Positions 58,301 to 63,479 of a stretch of 63,479 nt of DNA are shown here, piece after piece. The translations under genes and the position numbers were made by a program. This stretch comes from Aplysia californica (taxonomy: Eukaryota): the NCBI RefSeq assembly GCF_000002075.1, contig NW_004797681.1:395814-459292 (forward strand). The letters are read 5' to 3'. The stretch's first letter is position 1. Each line of letters begins with the position of its first letter. A model generated the notes under the pieces. It worked only from the letters and a program-made list of their open reading frames with translations. It did not search any database and was not told where the DNA came from.

Positions 58301-61069
58301 ACCGTATGTTTTTAAACATTTTTGCGTTAAAAACAACAGGCGGTGAAAACACAAGTCAAAGTCTTACCAATTTTATTTCTCAATTGTTTGAAAAACACAT
58401 CCACTCTGCTCGGACAAGCATGAGAACATTTGCATCAACTCAGCTGGACATTACAGAAAAAAACACCTCAACAGAGAACAAAAAACGGAAATAAAACAAA
58501 GAAAAAAAATGGATAAAAAGGAAACCATCATGAATATTATATAAATAGCAGGCAATTTACATAAAGCCCTCCATGCAAACGCAATCCGAGGGTCAAAAGT
58601 TTCCAACTCTTGTTCAGATGCATACGTAGAAAACTTCATGGTAGTGATAGTATTAGTACTCTCAGTGTGGTAGTCATGGCCTAATGCCACAGTCCCAGTC
58701 CCAGTGAGCTTCTGGTGAAAGAAACCAGTTCCACCTGCAGGACATTTCTAGAGCAGAGTTCAAAACTTAACACTGGTAACTGACAATGTTGCACAGAAAA
58801 TCATCATGGTTTTTCTCTAGGAGGAAAGAGGCCGCTGATCTGTGTCTCCCGCAGCATCCTTCACCACACAATTCCTCAGGAAGGAGCTTTTTCTGTAAAC
58901 AGACACCCACCTCCAACGGGACACGTTGGCCAATCTTTAACAAGTCATGCTCTTCGATGGCTACCAGCGTGCTCAGTTTAAGACATAGAGCCATGAGAAA
59001 TCTCAGGTTAAATACATCAGGAACCATCATGGACATGCAAATGTAAAAAAATTAAAACTGCCCTCCTTACAGGCAATCGCACTTTTACTGCCAACCCCCG
59101 CCCCTCCATAATAATAATAATCGACCCATACAGAATGTACCCCTGACAAACAACTGTTTAAACCAGTAGTAAGTCTCCTTACCCCACATGTGTCAGCCCG
59201 AAGAATGTCTTTGGCTAGACATGGTTTACACTCAGTCCACAAAGTGGTCAAAAAGTCAAACGGCAGGCCAGCTCCAGCACTGCTGAATTAAACTCTTACG
59301 TTTTTCAGGTCGTAATTTAAAAATCTGCCTCCGTTCAAGCAGAGATTAGAAAACTTTACCTGGGTCCAAACCACAGTTGTCTGCATAGAAGACAAGGGCC
59401 TTTTCTGAGCTAGAATGACGCTATGCTCCTCAGGCATCACAAAATGGAAAACATACAACAAAATCCCTCTGCCCTTTGTGAGGAAAGAAGGAGGAGCATC
59501 TTGTAGTTCCAGGACAACCCAAGCGAAAAATACGAAAATCTAACATGAAAATTATACCGCCACGCTCCATGATGTCTGCATCACTTTTAAAATGTGGGCT
59601 GATTTTTACAATCAAAATGGTACTCACAGATTCAAATTGAGCGGACTTGGGCCAAGAAAAACTCACTCAGAATGAGGCCCGACTTAGCTAACAATTGCTC
59701 CATTTCCCTCGTCTATGATGATTGTACGTGCAAGAACCCAATTGGCCTACACTACACTCAGGCATCCTCGCCCAATAGTCCCACATATCAGTATCAGAGA
59801 ATGTTTGCCATCATCACCGAAAAACCTACGCGAACTTTGACCGAATAGCTCTGCTTGATCATCCAGAGAGTCCAAACTTTTACAAGAGTAACTCAAATTC
59901 ATGACAAATTCTATGTAAATATATAAAATGGACTAAACATCCCATAAACAAATACAGTGTCACCTGTAACAACCAACTGCCACAGTTAAAACACAATTAC
60001 CTAAGTCATATTTTTAAAACAGATTTCTTGCAATTGGAAGGGTAAAACTGTGTGTTACTTGTTTCCTATCCTTAATTTAACATACATCCCATGTTCTAAC
60101 AAATCCAACTTTAGCAATATTTTCAATTTTGCTCATGTTTTTTGTTTGTTCATTTAAATTTACTCAAAATAACAAAAGACGACCAAGGCAATTGTGCTAT
60201 TTATGACAGTGACAAAATATATAATGAATGCCCAACTCTATTATTTTGTAGAAACATGGCAGAAACTCTCACAAGACAGAGGAAAAAAGAATAGATTCCA
60301 TTTTCTCTCAGCGCTACCACAATAATCTAAAAGTGGGTTACTTGGTGTCATTTTTTGCAGCCAAAAAAAAAAAGAGCTTTACTGAGATTTTCGAAACAAT
60401 CACTTTAAATTTGACCCTATGAGACAACAGAATTGGCAGTGAACTATTTTGAGATTACGTTTGAAATGTGAATGTTTTAGTCAACAGTTTCACACAAAGC
60501 ACTTCCTATTTGTGAGGCGTGCTGACAAAATTCATTACTTCTCCCAATCCATAAATGAAAATGTCGGCCAAAAATAGACACATCAAACTTGTAGATTTGA
60601 AACTAATGCCGTTTTCTCCAGCTTCAACGTGTCTTTTCATCATTTCGTATTTAAAATAAATTGTGCAAACCCAATCTAAGAATATGATGAATCTCTCTGT
60701 CCATTGGGTTAGAATTAAAAAAAAAAAAGGATAAATTTAGTCAGCACCTCTCATTATTTGGTAAAACGCGGCAGCATCTATGGTTTTTCTTTTCTCTCTT
60801 CTATTGCTGCCAGCATATTCCAGACCGTCTCATGCGAATAAAAAAAGAGCTACATGTCGATCTATATTGTCCTACCTGTACATTTTTGAGTACAGTGTAT
60901 CTCAAGTCTTCCATACTAGAAGGCTGCAACATTTGTAACAAGGTGAAGGACTTTACGTAAGTCAATGACCACACTCAATGACAGTGGAACCTAGAAAACA
61001 CATCAATTTAACCATAGAATATAATATATGAGATTATTGTCCCCTGGTCATAGAAACACGAGCAGCCAC

Positions 61070-61572
61070 TAGGGGTGTACCAGAGCCCCAGTCCGCCTGA
61101 GTATTTTGCCTCTACCAGTACTCCCTCCAGTAGCTTTCAAATGCCTGAGTACCCGCTCAAGTCCCAAATCTCTGAGCACTCGGGTAATTACGCGATACAT
61201 ACTTTTTGCCACCCAGCGAGGGCTTTTACTTTGAACTTTTAGTAAAAAAACAAAAATTTTGCAATTTACAACCTTTTTGTTTCATGCCGCATTGTTACAT
61301 AGTATTTTTCCTCTTTGTGCACTATTCAAATCATTTCAGTAATTTTCATATACCTCTGTTTGTTGTCTTAAATGTTATAAACATTCTTTTCTGGCTTTTT
61401 TATACAACCGTGTTATCATAAATAGACTGTAAAATTTGCTTTGAGCATTTAAAGCAAAAATAATACATTAAGTCTGAGCTCACGATTTGAATACTTAAGT
61501 ACTCAGTTACAACAACTCATGTGAGTATTTCACAATTACTCGGATTTGAAATTCAGGATTCGCACACCCCTA
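61070..61572. mobile_element. hAT-like MITE
   Basis: taggggtgt...acaccccta ends; gagtac/tactcg subterminal repeats; degenerate 8-bp TSD. Confidence 0.6.
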
Positions 61573-61740
61573 GTAACCAGCCCTCTTTCCTTTGTACAAT
61601 TTCTCTTCACTTACCACCTATACTACGACATTGCGGGGAGGACAGCATGAAGGTACAAGGCTGGCCACAGTATTTTTAAGAACACGTAAGGCTCCTGAGT
61701 CTCACAACTTATCCACAGACATTCTGGGGCAAGTCAAAGT

Positions 61741-62058
61741 GGAGAGAGGGAGGGAGCGACGGAGGGGCAGAGCGGGAGGGAGAGATGGATGGGGAGGTAG
61801 AGAGGGAGGGGGGGGAGAGATGGATGGGGAAGTAGAGAGGGAGGGAGCGATGGAGGGGTAGAGCGGGAGGGAGAGATGGATGGGGAAGTAGAGAGGGAGG
61901 GAGCAAGGGAGGGGTAGAGCGGGGAGGAGGGGGGGGTTGGGAGAGATGGATGGGGAAGTAGAGAGGGAGGGAGCAATGGAGGGGTAGAGCGGGAGGGAGA
62001 GATGGATGGGGAAGTAGAGAGGGAGGGAGCAATGGAGGAGGGAGTGATGGAGGGGGTA
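61741..62058. repeat. Purine-rich ~56-bp minisatellite
   Basis: ggagagatggatggggaagtagagagggagggagcaatggaggggtagagcgggag, ~5 copies. Confidence 0.9.
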
Positions 62059-62389
62059 GCTATGCTGAAAAGAAGTATAATTCGGTTGTCACACCATCCA
62101 CAAGAAGACTTTGGCGTTAAATCCCGTAAACTGTGGTTCACGTTTCTGTCTAAAAACTTGCCATATATACCACGAATTCATATCAACAAATCTTTTGTCT
62201 TTTTTCTTCAAACTGACCCCCCACAAAAAAAACAAAACAAAAAAAAAAGCAAAACGAACAGTGCAATCCACAGACAATTGAACGTGTCATCAATTTACGC
62301 AAAGTCCACAGCAATCTATTATTGAAATCAAACAGCAATAAGAAAACCATGGATCAAATTACCACATTACGTTTCATTTATCTTTCTAT

Positions 62390-62539
62390 ATATCGCGACC
62401 TCAGTGCTTTCTTGAAGTATCTCCATTTTTTTATAACAGTGAAAATGTGACATCTTCTTAAGCTCACTCTTTGCTATGAACTGTTTTCACTGTTGTTAAA
62501 AATGGAGATACGACAAGAAAGCACTGGGGTCACGATATA
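62390..62539. mobile_element. ~150-bp hairpin MITE; partial copy at 38392-38480
   Basis: tatatcgcgacctcagtgctttctt..tatctccattttt..aacagtgaaaa mirrored at the right end. Confidence 0.75.
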
Positions 62540-63479
62540 ATGTATCTGGACTGTCACTTTTTAAAAAAGTTAAAAAACCCCCCTCCACCAAAAAAACAAC
62601 GTTTTAAAGCGAAAGTAACCAGAATACAACAATCACAGCTATTCAGGAACCAAGATCTACAATTAAAAAATAAACCAACCTTTCTGTCTTAATTTCAAGC
62701 TTGGGTTAAAAAAAAGGATACATTTCACAAATTCATGTAATGTAATGACAAAACCAAATTCTCTGATAAAATAAAACAAACAAACAAAAAATAAATTCCA
62801 TTCACACACATCATCACACCCACAGTTCTTGTTTCTCGCACACAGTTACAGAAGAACAATTCCTGCACACACTCACAGTCAGTAGTATAATACAACTACT
62901 GCATTCTCTCACTCTCTAGCCATCCAAACAGCATAGAATTCCTTACACCTCAACAAAGGGAATAATTATTTTTTTTAAAAAGAAAAAAAAAGCAGGCCCA
63001 CTCTCAAAAGGACAACCAGAATATATCTCCCTTGCCCTCTTCTCATCCAACACCCAAACACTCGCAACAGACCAGTCAGACACACAAGTAACAATAGAAA
63101 ACAAAGTCTCGCTCAAACTAATGCGGGTGGAACCGAGTGCCAGCAAAATGTTTTGCACACAAATGATGGGGAAATAGTCAAGGAAAACAATACATCTGTT
63201 TATTTAATGTGAAATAGCAAAATAAAATTGGAAAAGTCACATAAATTAGAAGAAAAATAACAACAACAACAACAAAAAACCCCACAAAAAAACCCAACAT
63301 AGAAAACAGATGATGCACACCACAAAATCATAACTACAACTTCACAACTGCCAAATGTAATGACATATGGTGAGGGGGAAAAAAAAAATTCCCAACCAGA
63401 ACCAAAGTGGAAGGAATAAAACCCATACAAGATCAAACAATAGCAGCATGATGACATCATTGATGATTGGGTAGGGGGG

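Overview
Eukaryotic (animal) draft-assembly DNA with five N gaps. It is most likely a mollusc, probably a gastropod; this is inferred from the Meta/CORE-type SINEs and an animal-type GH9 cellulase exon. Two complete + strand genes were reconstructed by hand with consistent GT-AG boundaries and intron phases: malectin (4 coding exons, 1855-7965, ~284 aa) and PHF12 (16 coding exons, 20425-39213, ~1044 aa; PHD1, MRG-binding motif, PHD2, FHA). One orphan GH9 endoglucanase exon (44403-44562) sits on a gap-bounded mini-contig. The rest is intron, UTR and intergenic DNA packed with mobile elements. Main observations: (1) a four-layer transposon stack in PHF12 intron 1, where two Mutator-like elements with 9-bp TSDs inserted at the same ~10-bp site inside a third; (2) short retroposons without a tRNA head, nearly all in the sense orientation, that repeatedly end just upstream of PHF12 3' splice sites; (3) three different retroposon families sharing one 3' stem-loop tail; (4) an 84-bp frame-preserving tandem repeat that includes the PHF12 stop codon; (5) a minimal Penelope-type hammerhead with a mutated catalytic G. 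Most ORF-track entries are spurious. All assignments come from reading the sequence and recalled family motifs; no database search was run.
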